A stretch of DNA of 64,000 nt from an uncultured candidatus Porisulfidus sp. (GTDB lineage Bacteria; Pseudomonadota; Gammaproteobacteria; Poriferisulfidales; Poriferisulfidaceae): contig OZ241993.1 of the NCBI GenBank assembly GCA_965204575.1, positions 512,001-576,000 on the forward strand, in the 5' to 3' direction. This document shows, piece by piece, positions 43,029 to 52,738 of the stretch (positions are counted from its first letter, which is position 1; each line of letters starts with the position of its first letter). The notes below the pieces were generated by a model, which saw nothing but the letters and a program-made list of their open reading frames with translations, was not told the origin of the DNA and ran no database searches. The position numbers and the translations under genes were made by a program.

Positions 43029-43624
43029 TGGCCTTCCAGACGCTGCTGTTCTACCTGTTCGGGACCGTGCTGCTGGCGGCCGCCACGGCCGCCGTGACCT
43101 TGAGGAACATGGTGCATGCGGCCTTGTCCCTGATCCTGTCGTTTTTCACCGCCGCCATGCTCTGGATGCTGCTGGAGGCGGAATTCCTGTCGATTCTCTT
43201 GGTGCTGGTCTACATCGGCGCGGTCCTGGTGCTGTTTTTGTTCGTGGTGATGATGGTCGAGCGGCATACGCCGACGATCCACCGTCGCCGCAACTACCGG
43301 ATCGTCGCCTCGGCGGTGGCCGCGGTGATGGTTGCCGAACTCGGCATGGCCCTTCTCGCGCCGGATTTCTCCCCGACCGCCCAGCCCATGCCGGCGCCGC
43401 TGGAATACAGCAACACGAAGGCGCTGGGGTCCGTGCTGTATACCGATTACGCCTTGGCGTTCGAGGCCGCCGCGGTCGCGCTGCTGGTCGCCATCGTCGG
43501 CGCGATTGCGCTGACGTTGCGCGTGCGACCGGATCACCACCGGCAGAACCCGGCGCGGCAGAGCCGGGTGCGCAAGCAAGACCGCCTGCGGTTGACCGAC
43601 GGGCGCTCGGAGCCGCCATGCTGA
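43028..43624 (+). CDS. nuoJ: NADH-quinone oxidoreductase subunit J
   Basis: LEAEFL..LVYIGAVLVLFLFVVMM; operon position. Confidence 0.95.
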   Translation: MAFQTLLFYLFGTVLLAAATAAVTLRNMVHAALSLILSFFTAAMLWMLLEAEFLSILLVLVYIGAVLVLFLFVVMMVERHTPTIHRRRNYRIVASAVAAVMVAELGMALLAPDFSPTAQPMPAPLEYSNTKALGSVLYTDYALAFEAAAVALLVAIVGAIALTLRVRPDHHRQNPARQSRVRKQDRLRLTDGRSEPPC

Positions 43625-43923
43625 GCCTGACTCATTTCATGCTCCTGTCCGGCGCGCTGTTCGCGATCGGCGTCGCCGGCGTGTTCGTCAACCGCCGGCA
43701 TGCGCTGGTGTTGCTGATGTCGCTGGAGTTGATCCTGCTGGCGGTCAACACCAACCTCATCGCGGCATCCCACTACCTGCAGGATCTCGCGGGGCAGGCG
43801 TTCGCGCTGTTCGTGCTGACCATCGCCGCCGCCGAGATCGCGATCGGCCTGGCCATCGTCGTGGTGGTGTTCCGCAGCCGCGAGACCATTGATGCCGAAG
43901 ACCTGAGCGAGGTGCGCGGCTGA
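43618..43923 (+). CDS. nuoK: NADH-quinone oxidoreductase subunit K
   Basis: LMSLELILLAVN, AAAEIAIGLAI. Confidence 0.95.
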   Translation: MLSLTHFMLLSGALFAIGVAGVFVNRRHALVLLMSLELILLAVNTNLIAASHYLQDLAGQAFALFVLTIAAAEIAIGLAIVVVVFRSRETIDAEDLSEVRG

Positions 43924-45854
43924 TGGATCTTCAGGTCCTTGCCCTGATCGTCGTGGGTGCGGTCGGCGCGGGCGCGGTTGGCGCGGGACTGGGCGTGCGC
44001 GTCCTGAGCCCGAAAGCCGCCACGCAACTCACCCTCGCGGGCGTCGGCGCGGCATTTCTGGCCAGCGTCGCCTTGGCGGTGGGTTATGCGCAGAACCCGG
44101 AACCGCAGGCTTTCACCCTCTACCACTGGGGCCCGGGCGATTTCGGGATGAAGATTGGTTTTCTGATCGACTCCCTGAGCGTGGTGATGATGATCGTGGT
44201 CACGCTCATCTCGCTGCTGGTGCATGTCTACAGCATCGGCTACATGCGCGAGGATCCCGGGTACGTCCGGTTCTTCGCCTACCTGTCGCTGTTTACGCTC
44301 GCCATGTTGCTGCTGGTCATGGCGGACAACTTCCTGCTGCTGTTCATCGGCTGGGAAGGGGTCGGCCTGGTGTCGTACCTGCTGATCGGGTTCTGGCACA
44401 CCCGGGAGCGGGCGCCGAGCGCGGGACTCAAGGCTTTCCTGGTCAACCGCTTGGGCGACTTCGGGTTCCTGCTTGGCATGGGGGCACTGCTGGCCGCCGC
44501 CGGCAGCCTGGACTATTCCACCGTGTTCGCGCAGAGCGAGGCGCTGGCGCAGCAGCCGTCGCCGTTCCCCGGCCTGAGCGCGCTGAGCCTGATCTGCCTG
44601 TTCCTGTTCGTCGGCGCCATGGGCAAGTCGGCGCAGGTGCCGCTGCATGTCTGGCTGCCTGATTCGATGGAGGGCCCAACCCCGATCTCGGCAATGATCC
44701 ACGCCGCCACGATGGTGACGGCGGGCATTTTCATGGTGGCGCGGCTGTCCCCGCTGTTCGAGGGCAGCGAGGCGGCGCTCAACCTGATTCTGCTGGTCGG
44801 CGGCGTCACCGCCCTCTCGATGGGCCTGCTTGGATTGGTGGCCAACGACATCAAGCAGGTCATTGCCTATTCGACCCTGTCCCAGCTCGGCTACATGACC
44901 CTGGCGCTCGGCGCCTCGGCCTACGCCGCGAGCATTTTCCATCTCTTCACGCACGCCTTCTTCAAGGCGTTGCTGTTCCTGGCCGCGGGATCGGTGATCC
45001 TGGCGATGCACCACGGGCAGGACATCCGGCATATGGGCGGGCTGGCGCGGCGCATGCCGATCACCGCCGCCACATTCGCCGTCGGCTCGCTGGCGCTGAT
45101 CGGCATGCCGGGCTTTGCCGGCTTCTTCTCCAAGGAATCCATCATCGAGGCGCTGGCGCATTCCGACCTGCTGCTGGCCAAGCCGGCGCATTTCCTGGCG
45201 CTTGCCGGAGTGGCGGTGACCGCGCTGTATTCGTTGCGCCTGTGGTGGTACGTGTTCCAGGGAACCCCGCGCTCGACGGAAGCGGAACAGGCGCGGGAGC
45301 GAGACCCGACCGTGGTCCTCCCGCTGGTCCTGCTGGCGATGCTGACGCTGGTGGCGGGCTTCGGGGTCGAGGCGTTCCTCTACGGCGGGTTGCTGGGGGA
45401 TGCCCTGGTCGTTCATGCTGCGCACGACACGCTGGCGCGGATGGCGGAAAACTGGAATGGCCTGGGCGGCGCAATCCTGCACGGATTCGCGACACCCGCG
45501 GTCTGGTTGCTGGCATTGAGTCTTGTGGGCGGATATTTCCTGTACGCGAAAGGCTACGCCGACACACTGACCCCGAACGTTTCCCGGTTGCGTTCGATCC
45601 TTGTCCAGAAATACGGTTTCGACGTGTTCTACGAGAACTGGGCCGTGCGGGCCGCGCGTGCCGTGGCGGACGCCTGCGCCCGAATCGGCGACCAACGCAC
45701 GATCGACGGGCTGATGGTGAACGGAACGGCGCGGATGGCCCGCCGCGCTGCCGCCACGCTTCGCCTGGTGCAAAGCGGCGTGCTCGGCCACTACGCCCTG
45801 GCCATGCTGCTAGGCCTGATTGCCGCGCTCGGCTACCTGTTCTTGAGGGGGTAA
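43923..45854 (+). CDS. nuoL: NADH-quinone oxidoreductase subunit L
   Basis: GWEGVG, GKSAQVPLHVWLPDSMEGPTP, THAFFKALLF. Confidence 0.97.
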   Translation: MDLQVLALIVVGAVGAGAVGAGLGVRVLSPKAATQLTLAGVGAAFLASVALAVGYAQNPEPQAFTLYHWGPGDFGMKIGFLIDSLSVVMMIVVTLISLLVHVYSIGYMREDPGYVRFFAYLSLFTLAMLLLVMADNFLLLFIGWEGVGLVSYLLIGFWHTRERAPSAGLKAFLVNRLGDFGFLLGMGALLAAAGSLDYSTVFAQSEALAQQPSPFPGLSALSLICLFLFVGAMGKSAQVPLHVWLPDSMEGPTPISAMIHAATMVTAGIFMVARLSPLFEGSEAALNLILLVGGVTALSMGLLGLVANDIKQVIAYSTLSQLGYMTLALGASAYAASIFHLFTHAFFKALLFLAAGSVILAMHHGQDIRHMGGLARRMPITAATFAVGSLALIGMPGFAGFFSKESIIEALAHSDLLLAKPAHFLALAGVAVTALYSLRLWWYVFQGTPRSTEAEQARERDPTVVLPLVLLAMLTLVAGFGVEAFLYGGLLGDALVVHAAHDTLARMAENWNGLGGAILHGFATPAVWLLALSLVGGYFLYAKGYADTLTPNVSRLRSILVQKYGFDVFYENWAVRAARAVADACARIGDQRTIDGLMVNGTARMARRAAATLRLVQSGVLGHYALAMLLGLIAALGYLFLRG

Positions 45855-45858
45855 CGCG

Positions 45859-47349
45859 GTGTCCCTGCTCGGCCTGATGATCTGGACGCCGATCGCGGCA
45901 GGGTTCGCGGCCCTGCTGCTGCGGGACCCGGCCGTGGTGCGTCGCTGGTCGCTGGCGATCAGCCTGTTCGTGTTCGTGTTGGCGGTGGTGGCGGCCTTGG
46001 GCTTCGATCCGGCGGGCGGCTACCAGTGGCAGTACCGGACCCCGTGGATCCCGGCCTTCAACATTGACTACCACTTGGGCGTCGACGGTCTGTCGCTGCC
46101 GCTGGTGGTTCTCACTGCCTTCATCGGCATGCTCGCCATCCTGACCGGCTGGGAGACCGCCACGCGGCATATCGGCCAATTCTTCGCCGCGTTCCTGATG
46201 CTCGAAGGCCTGTTGATCGGGGTGTTCTGCGCGATGGATGCCGCGTTGTTCTACGTTTTCTTCGAGGCGATGCTGATCCCGATGTTCCTGATCATCGGGA
46301 TCTGGGGCTCCGACAACCGGATTTACGCGGCCGTCAAGTTCTTCCTGTACACCTTCCTGGGATCGGTGCTGATGCTGGTGGCGTTCGTTTACCTGGCGAT
46401 TCAGTCCGAAAGCTTCCGGATTACGGACTGGCATGCGTTTTCATTGTCGCCACTGGAGCAGACCTGGCTGTTCCTCGCGCTGTTGCTTGGGTTTGCGGTC
46501 AAGGTGCCGATGTGGCCAGTGCACACCTGGTTGCCGGATGCCCATGTCGAAGCTCCGGCCGCGGGATCGGTGGTGCTGGCGGCGGTGTTGCTGAAGATCG
46601 GCGGTTACGGCCTGCTTCGTTTCTGTCTTCCGATTGCGCCGGATGCTTCGCTGGCGCTCGACGGGCTGGTGATCGGGCTGTCCCTGATCGCCGTGGTCTA
46701 TATCGGATTTACCGCGCTGGCGCAGACCGACATGAAGAAGCTGATCGCGTATTCGTCCATCGCGCACATGGGGTTTGTCACCCTGGGGTTGTTCATCCTG
46801 TACCGGCTGGCGACGGAGACGGCCATGCTGAGCGTCAGCGGCGCGATCATGCAGATGATCTCGCACGGCCTCGTGTCGGCCGCGCTGTTCGTTTGCGTGG
46901 GCGTGTTGTACGACCGTCGGCACAGCCGCGACATCCAGGATTATGGCGGCGTGCTTGAGACGATGCCGGTATTCGGCGCGCTGTTCGTGTTCTTCGCGCT
47001 GGCGAATGCCGGGCTGCCGGGCACTTCCGGTTTCGTGGGCGAGGTCATGGTCATCCTGGCCACGTTCCAGGCCGGGTGGTGGCTGGCCGCGCTGGCGGCG
47101 ATGGTGGTGGTGCTGGGGGCCGCCTACTCGCTGTGGATGGTGCGGCGAGTGGTTTTCGGTCCGGCCGAACATGCGGAGGTCAAGGCATTCCAGGACTTGT
47201 CGGGGCGCGAGATGTTGATCTTGCTGGCGCTGGCCGTCCCGGTGCTGGCGGTGGGGCTGTGGCCGGTGCCGTTGCTGGACCTGATTGAGCCGTCCGTGGC
47301 GCAGTTGATCGACCAGGCGCAGGCATTCAAGGCGGGAGGCGCCCCATGA
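45859..47349 (+). CDS. nuoM: NADH-quinone oxidoreductase subunit M
   Basis: FFEAMLIP, HTWLPDAHVEAP, GLPGTSGFVGE. Confidence 0.97.
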   Translation: MSLLGLMIWTPIAAGFAALLLRDPAVVRRWSLAISLFVFVLAVVAALGFDPAGGYQWQYRTPWIPAFNIDYHLGVDGLSLPLVVLTAFIGMLAILTGWETATRHIGQFFAAFLMLEGLLIGVFCAMDAALFYVFFEAMLIPMFLIIGIWGSDNRIYAAVKFFLYTFLGSVLMLVAFVYLAIQSESFRITDWHAFSLSPLEQTWLFLALLLGFAVKVPMWPVHTWLPDAHVEAPAAGSVVLAAVLLKIGGYGLLRFCLPIAPDASLALDGLVIGLSLIAVVYIGFTALAQTDMKKLIAYSSIAHMGFVTLGLFILYRLATETAMLSVSGAIMQMISHGLVSAALFVCVGVLYDRRHSRDIQDYGGVLETMPVFGALFVFFALANAGLPGTSGFVGEVMVILATFQAGWWLAALAAMVVVLGAAYSLWMVRRVVFGPAEHAEVKAFQDLSGREMLILLALAVPVLAVGLWPVPLLDLIEPSVAQLIDQAQAFKAGGAP

Positions 47350-48773
47350 GCGTGGGTCAGGAAATGATCCTGATGCTGCCGGAGATCGTGCTGGTCGTCG
47401 GCGCCTGCTTTGTTCTGTTGTGCCCGCGTTTTCTGGCCTGGCCGCTGACGATGCTGGTGTTGGCCGGGACGGTGGGCGCCATTGCCGCGACGGCACCGGA
47501 ATCTCCGACCATGCTGATGACCGGCATGTTCGAGCGTTCCTCCGAAATCGACTTTTTACGAATCCTGATCTGCGTGCTGACCGTGCTGATCTTGCGCTAT
47601 GCCCGCGGGCACCCGATCTCTCCGGATCGCCTCCAATCCAACGAGTTCTACACGCTGGCGATATTCGGGTGCGTCGGCATGTTCCTGATCAGCGGCGCGG
47701 AACACCTGGTTACGCTGTACCTGGGGCTGGAAATCCTCGCCCTGTCGCTGTATCCGATGATCGCGATGATGCGCGACGACGGCCGCGCCGGCGAAGTGGC
47801 GCTCAAGTATTTCGTGCTCGGGGCGCTGGCTTCGGGTTTTCTCCTGTACGGGATGTCGCTGATGTACGCAGCGACCGGAACCCTGTATATCGGAGAACTG
47901 GCGAGCCAGCTGGAGCAACTGGAAATGAATCGGGTGCTGCTGCTCGGCATGGTGTTCATGCTGGCCGGCCTGGCGTTCAAACTGGGCGCCACGCCGTTTC
48001 ACATGTGGCTTCCGGATGTCTACGACGGCGCCTCCCTCCCGGCCGTAACGTACCTGTCGGCCGCCCCGAAGATCGCCGGGCTGCTGTTGCTGCTGCGCCT
48101 GTTCGGCGACGGCCTGATGGTTCTGGCCGTCGACTGGACGACCCTGATGATGGTTCTGGCCGTCCTGTCGCTCCTGCTCGGCAACCTCGTCGCGATCGCG
48201 CAGACCCGGATCCGCAGGATGCTGGCCTATTCGGCCATTGCCCATACCGGTTTCGTGTTCCTGGCGCTGGGCGTGGGTACCCCGCACGGGATGAGCTCAG
48301 CGGTTTTCTACACCTTTGTCTACGCGCTGATGGCTGCCGGGAGCTTCGGGATGCTGTTGCTGCTCAACGCCCGGGTCGCGGCTGAGGACATTCAAGACTT
48401 CAAGGGCCTGAACCACAGCCATCCCTGGCTGGCGATCATGGTGCTGATCCTGATGTTTTCGATGGCGGGCGTGCCGCTGACCGCCGGGTTCTACGCCAAG
48501 CTGTACGTGCTGCAGGCGGTGGTTGGTGCCGGGCTATGGCCGCTTGCGGTCGTGGCGGTGCTGCTGACGGTGGTGGGGGCCTACTACTACCTCCGCATTG
48601 TTTGGTACATGTACTTCGAGGAGGCGGACCGGCCCGCCGAGCCCGGGGAGGATTCGGTCCATGTTTTGCTAGTCAGCGCAAACGCGCTGGTGCTGGTATT
48701 GATCTTCGCGGTGCCGCAGCCCTGGCTGGAGATGAGCCGCGATGCGGCGAAAGTGTTTGTGGGGGGACAGTGA
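47346..48773 (+). CDS. nuoN: NADH-quinone oxidoreductase subunit N
   Basis: ALKYF, PFHMWLPDVY, RMLAYSAIAH, YYYLRIV. Confidence 0.97.
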   Translation: MSVGQEMILMLPEIVLVVGACFVLLCPRFLAWPLTMLVLAGTVGAIAATAPESPTMLMTGMFERSSEIDFLRILICVLTVLILRYARGHPISPDRLQSNEFYTLAIFGCVGMFLISGAEHLVTLYLGLEILALSLYPMIAMMRDDGRAGEVALKYFVLGALASGFLLYGMSLMYAATGTLYIGELASQLEQLEMNRVLLLGMVFMLAGLAFKLGATPFHMWLPDVYDGASLPAVTYLSAAPKIAGLLLLLRLFGDGLMVLAVDWTTLMMVLAVLSLLLGNLVAIAQTRIRRMLAYSAIAHTGFVFLALGVGTPHGMSSAVFYTFVYALMAAGSFGMLLLLNARVAAEDIQDFKGLNHSHPWLAIMVLILMFSMAGVPLTAGFYAKLYVLQAVVGAGLWPLAVVAVLLTVVGAYYYLRIVWYMYFEEADRPAEPGEDSVHVLLVSANALVLVLIFAVPQPWLEMSRDAAKVFVGGQ

Positions 48774-48791
48774 GGCTGGCGTGGCGGCCCC

Positions 48792-49541
48792 TCAGTCGAA
48801 TGCATCGCCGAGAGCTCTGATGTTCTGATACGTCCGTAGCAGCCCCCCGCCGTCCGAGTACCCGTCGTTTTTCGCTTGCTCGGTTGCTTCCTCAAGCCGG
48901 GCTAGGGCGTCACCCTGCCTCGCAGCCGAGTCTTCATAGTCCAGATCGAGTTTTTCCAGTTCTTCCTCGATTTCTCCGATCTTCGTCCATGCGTCATTCC
49001 GGTCTTCGAAAGAGGTTTCATCCGATTCAAACTTTACGCGTTGCGCCCCCAGTTCTTCTTCCAACCCGTCAATTTTTTCTCTCAGCTTTCTCCTTTCCAG
49101 TTTGATGTCCCACACTTCCATCTCTATTCCACGTACTTCTTTCCCCCTGCGGAATCCTGCTAGAAATGACACTTCCATCGAATCAGGGCAGATCCCGGTG
49201 TAGGAGTCGCCATCGCGGCCAACCGTGTAGCCATTGAATCGGGTGCAGTAACGCCGCAAAAAATCCTGCCGCCCGCTCCGGTAGCCTTTCATGTAGGCAT
49301 CTCGGTTTGGCGTTACCCCATATTCCGCACATGCTTCCTGATGTTCTGCAAGATAGGAAGGGGGCCTCCTATCGAATCCGTCTTCATGCCCAATGATCCA
49401 CCAGTCTGCCGCCAAACATTCATCCTCCGACATGGAGGCGCAACCTTGGAGCAACAAAACCAGGCTTGCGAGCAATACGACTGTTGCCAGGCCTTTCTTG
49501 GGCCAAGCTTGTTGAGGGGGCGAGCAAGAAGCGGAAAGCAT
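48792..49541 (-). CDS. DUF2799-like lipoprotein with coiled-coil extension (copy 2)
   Basis: LQGC lipobox; MSEDECLAADWWIIGHEDG..C..Y..G..YC pattern; start uncertain. Confidence 0.75.
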   Translation of the reverse strand: MLSASCSPPQQAWPKKGLATVVLLASLVLLLQGCASMSEDECLAADWWIIGHEDGFDRRPPSYLAEHQEACAEYGVTPNRDAYMKGYRSGRQDFLRRYCTRFNGYTVGRDGDSYTGICPDSMEVSFLAGFRRGKEVRGIEMEVWDIKLERRKLREKIDGLEEELGAQRVKFESDETSFEDRNDAWTKIGEIEEELEKLDLDYEDSAARQGDALARLEEATEQAKNDGYSDGGGLLRTYQNIRALGDAFD

Positions 49542-49619
49542 CAGGGGCGTACTCTCGCGTTCGGGGTGTGGGCAGGACTGTATTGCAGGCGCAAACCTTT
49601 CAATCAACGAGAGTTGGTA

Positions 49620-50360
49620 TCAGTCCAGCGCGTCCCCCAAGGATCGGATGATCCGCCGCGTTCCGCCGAGCAGTTCGCCGTCGTCGGCGTAGCCGTCGTC
49701 CCGCGCCTGTTCGACCGCTTCGTCGAACCGCGCCATGGCATCGGCCTGCGTCTTGGCCGAGTCTTCGTATTCCTGCTTCAGCACCTCCAACTCCCGGCCA
49801 AGTTCCACGATCTTCTCCGCCATGCTTTCCCGGTCCTGGGGGATGCTTTCGTCCGCCGCGAGCTTCTCCTGCAGCGTCTTCCGCTCATGTTCCAGCCGCC
49901 CGATCTTATCCCCTAGGCTTCCCCGTTTCTGCTTGATGTCCCAGGCTTCCGTCTCCAGCGTGTGCACCATCCGCCCCCTGCGAAGCCCGGGTTCGAACGC
50001 TTCCGCCAGCTCGCCGTCGCAGATTCCATGGTAGGGCCGGCCGCTTCGGCCGACCTTGTAGCCGGTGAACCGGGTGCAGTAGACCGCCAGCCCGCTGCGG
50101 TGGCCTTTGGCATAGGCCTCGCGGCCGGGCGTCACCCCATGCTCCGCGCAGGATTCCTGGTGTTCCTCAAGGTGGGCAAGAGGCAGGCCTTCGGATCCGT
50201 CTTCCTGGCCGATGAGCCACCAGTCCGCCGTCTCGCATTCATTCTCCGACAAGGTGGCGCAACCTTGGAGCAACAAAGTCAGGCTTGTGAGCAATATGGC
50301 TGCTGCCAAGCCTTTCTTGTGCAGGATCTGTGGGGTGGGCGGGCAAGAGATGGGGGGCAT
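49620..50360 (-). CDS. DUF2799-like lipoprotein with coiled-coil extension (copy 1)
   Basis: LQGC lipobox; LSENECETADWWLIGQEDG; clear paralog of the adjacent gene; start uncertain. Confidence 0.75.
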   Translation of the reverse strand: MPPISCPPTPQILHKKGLAAAILLTSLTLLLQGCATLSENECETADWWLIGQEDGSEGLPLAHLEEHQESCAEHGVTPGREAYAKGHRSGLAVYCTRFTGYKVGRSGRPYHGICDGELAEAFEPGLRRGRMVHTLETEAWDIKQKRGSLGDKIGRLEHERKTLQEKLAADESIPQDRESMAEKIVELGRELEVLKQEYEDSAKTQADAMARFDEAVEQARDDGYADDGELLGGTRRIIRSLGDALD

Positions 50361-50565
50361 CCGGAATCTGCCGAGTTGCGTTCGCAATGTGGGGAGCAGT
50401 TTACTGCAAAGTGCGGAGTGACTACCGGCCGCCAGGGATTATGTCGCCAAAGATTGACTGGGTGGTGGTGGGGCAAGATATAATGAAATCAAGCTAGAAC
50501 AACCCGTCGGCGGATGGGATTCTCCGACAGGTTTCGGGAAGCGGCAGGGTTCCGCTGTCAACCAA

Positions 50566-51003
50566 ATGGCTGCGATGGGCATGGGAATCAACACAAACTT
50601 TGTCAGGCGCTGTCTGACTACGCTGGAAGCCGCGTTGAAGGAACTGAAAGGCGTCGAGCCGGAAAGCATCGCTTACGATATCTATCGGGCGGCCTGCGTC
50701 AAGGAGTTTGAGCTCGTTCTGGAACTGAGCGCAAAATTGCTGAAAAGGCGGCTGGCCGACTTCTTCGCGAACCGCCGCCAACTGGATGAGTTAGCGTTCA
50801 AGGACCTTTTCCGCCATGCCGTCAAGCATGGCATCATTGAGGCGGATGCATGCGAGCGTTGGCTTGGATACCGAGACAACCGCAACGATACCGCGCATGA
50901 CTATGCTGAAGGATTCGCTGAAACGACGCTGAAGCTCCTGCCTAATTTCATTGAGGACGCCAAGGCGTTGGCGGAGGCCGTCGGAGAGGCAGGAGATGGC
51001 TGA
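50566..51003 (+). CDS. HEPN-domain nucleotidyltransferase substrate-binding protein (HI0074-like), putative RNase toxin
   Basis: KEFELVLE..K, RNDTAHDY = R-X4-H-X-Y; start may be 50581. Confidence 0.88.
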   Translation: MAAMGMGINTNFVRRCLTTLEAALKELKGVEPESIAYDIYRAACVKEFELVLELSAKLLKRRLADFFANRRQLDELAFKDLFRHAVKHGIIEADACERWLGYRDNRNDTAHDYAEGFAETTLKLLPNFIEDAKALAEAVGEAGDG

Positions 51004-51304
51004 TCGCCTGCACCTCTTGCCCCGGCATCGCGCCATGCTCGCGATGCTGTTACGGGAATATCTGCCGGGAGTCGAGGCTTGGGCCTACGGCAGCCGCGTG
51101 AATGGCCAAAGCCATGACGGCAGCGACTTGGACGTGGTTCTCCGAAGCCCGGAACTTGCGGAGACTGACGCGCGACAACTGGCTGGTTTTGTCGAGGCGC
51201 TACGGAATTCCAACATTCCTTTCCTGGTGGATGTGCACGACTGGGCGCGTTTACCGAAGGAGTTCCATCGCGAGATAGAACGTGAACATGTGATCCTCCA
51301 GTAG
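50996..51304 (+). CDS. Minimal nucleotidyltransferase (MNT), putative antitoxin
   Basis: YGSRVNGQSHDGSDLD = GS-X10-DXD; AGGAG RBS; 8-nt overlap with the HEPN gene. Confidence 0.9.
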   Translation: MADRLHLLPRHRAMLAMLLREYLPGVEAWAYGSRVNGQSHDGSDLDVVLRSPELAETDARQLAGFVEALRNSNIPFLVDVHDWARLPKEFHREIEREHVILQ

Positions 51305-51364
51305 CGAAAGGGCGGGTAGCCCGAGATGGATCGATGCGACAGACTTTACGTATCTGGAAAAGGG

Positions 51365-51413
51365 TTGATTTACTCAAATAAATGAGTAAAATTACTCAAT
51401 ATAATGAGTAATT
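51365..51413 (+). promoter_or_regulatory. Promoter with two tandem palindromic operators
   Basis: TTACTCA-N6-TGAGTAA twice at a 22-bp period (51370-51389, 51392-51411); TTGATT, 16 nt, TAAAAT. Confidence 0.75.
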
Positions 51414-52615
51414 TGCCAGATTACGTCCGTCCTCAGGCTGAAGATCTTATCCAGCGCCTGACAGAGCCCCGCGGTTTCATCCAAGTCCTTTCAGGCGCGC
51501 GGCAGGTTGGAAAAACGACCTTAGCTAAGCAGGTAGCTGACCGGTCGGGTCTGCCCATGCATTATGCCAGTGCTGACCATCCGGTCCTTCGTGACATCTC
51601 ATGGATTGGGCAGCAGTGGGAGGCCGCCCGCCTGCTTGCCGATGAGGCAGACCAGAATGGTGCGCTTCTCATTCTTGACGAAGTACAGAAAATCACGGAT
51701 TGGTCCGAGGCGGTAAAAGCATACTGGGATGCCGACACGCATGTGGGCAGATCTCTGAAAGTTGTCCTGCTCGGCTCGGCCCCGCTTCTCGTCCAGCGTG
51801 GTTTGGGTGAAAGCTTGGCCGGTCGGTTTGAAGTTTCACATCTGCCGCACTGGAGTTTCGCGGAGATGCGCGAAGTGTTCGGATGGTCTTTGGAACAGTA
51901 CGTTTTCTACGGGGCTTACCCTGGCGCGGCGCGGCTGATAAAACAGCCAGCTCGGTGGGCTCGTTACATTCGCGAGTCGTTGATCGAGCCAACGATTTCA
52001 CGCGACGTCCTGCTGCTGTCACGAGTGAACAAGCCCGCGTTGCTCCGCAGGGTGCTTGAATTGGGTTGTGCCTATTCAGGACAAATTCTCTCGTACAACA
52101 AGATGCTGGGCCAGTTGCAGGATGCCGGCAACACGACCACGCTGGCCTATTACCTTAATCTGCTGGCGGGCGCCGGGCTTGTGACGGGGCTGACCAAGTA
52201 CGCAGGGACCAGGATCCGACAAAGGACGTCAAGCCCGAAGCTTCAGGTCTTCAACACCGCGCTGATCACAGCGCAAAAGAACCTATCCTTTTCCCAGGCT
52301 CGCGAGGACTCGGAATTCTGGGGACACCTGGTCGAATCGGTGGTCGGAGCCCACTTGATCAATGCGGCTTTCTCCGGCGATTGCTCGGTCCACTATTGGC
52401 GCGAAAAGGGCCGGGAGGTCGATTTCATCGTCGAATCAGGCAACCATCTGGTTGCCATTGAAGTGAAAAGCGGTCGCCCACGCGCCCACCCGCCCGGTAT
52501 GGCGGCTTTCTCCAAGCTTTTCCATCCAACCCGCACATTGCTAGTTGGGGGCGACGGCATCGACCTTGAGGCGTTTTTGTTGCGGCCCGTGGCCGATTGG
52601 TTCAGGCGATCGTGA
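51404..52615 (+). CDS. AAA+ ATPase with C-terminal DUF4143/PD-(D/E)xK-like domain
   Basis: GARQVGKTT, LILDEVQK, LLGS, ESLAGR, YWR..EVDFIV..AIEVKSG. Confidence 0.9.
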   Translation: MSNLPDYVRPQAEDLIQRLTEPRGFIQVLSGARQVGKTTLAKQVADRSGLPMHYASADHPVLRDISWIGQQWEAARLLADEADQNGALLILDEVQKITDWSEAVKAYWDADTHVGRSLKVVLLGSAPLLVQRGLGESLAGRFEVSHLPHWSFAEMREVFGWSLEQYVFYGAYPGAARLIKQPARWARYIRESLIEPTISRDVLLLSRVNKPALLRRVLELGCAYSGQILSYNKMLGQLQDAGNTTTLAYYLNLLAGAGLVTGLTKYAGTRIRQRTSSPKLQVFNTALITAQKNLSFSQAREDSEFWGHLVESVVGAHLINAAFSGDCSVHYWREKGREVDFIVESGNHLVAIEVKSGRPRAHPPGMAAFSKLFHPTRTLLVGGDGIDLEAFLLRPVADWFRRS

Positions 52616-52678
52616 TAGAGCTAGGCTCAACTGAAACGGATATAGTTAAGAAAGATATTTAAAAACATCAAGATTATC

Positions 52679-52707
52679 TTGACATATCTGTACGCAGGCC
52701 TTATACT
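52679..52707 (+). promoter_or_regulatory. Near-consensus sigma70 promoter
   Basis: TTGACA, 17 nt, TATACT with an A/T-rich upstream region. Confidence 0.75.
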
Positions 52708-52738
52708 TCCGCCAGTCTTAATCAAACAGGGCCGACCA

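Noticed and set aside
34678-48773. Unfused nuoC/nuoD as a novelty
   Set aside because: The 14-subunit arrangement is common outside enterobacteria and pseudomonads
51369-51413. 22-bp tandem repeat as a mini-CRISPR
   Set aside because: Only two adjacent units with no spacer; fits an operator overlapping a promoter
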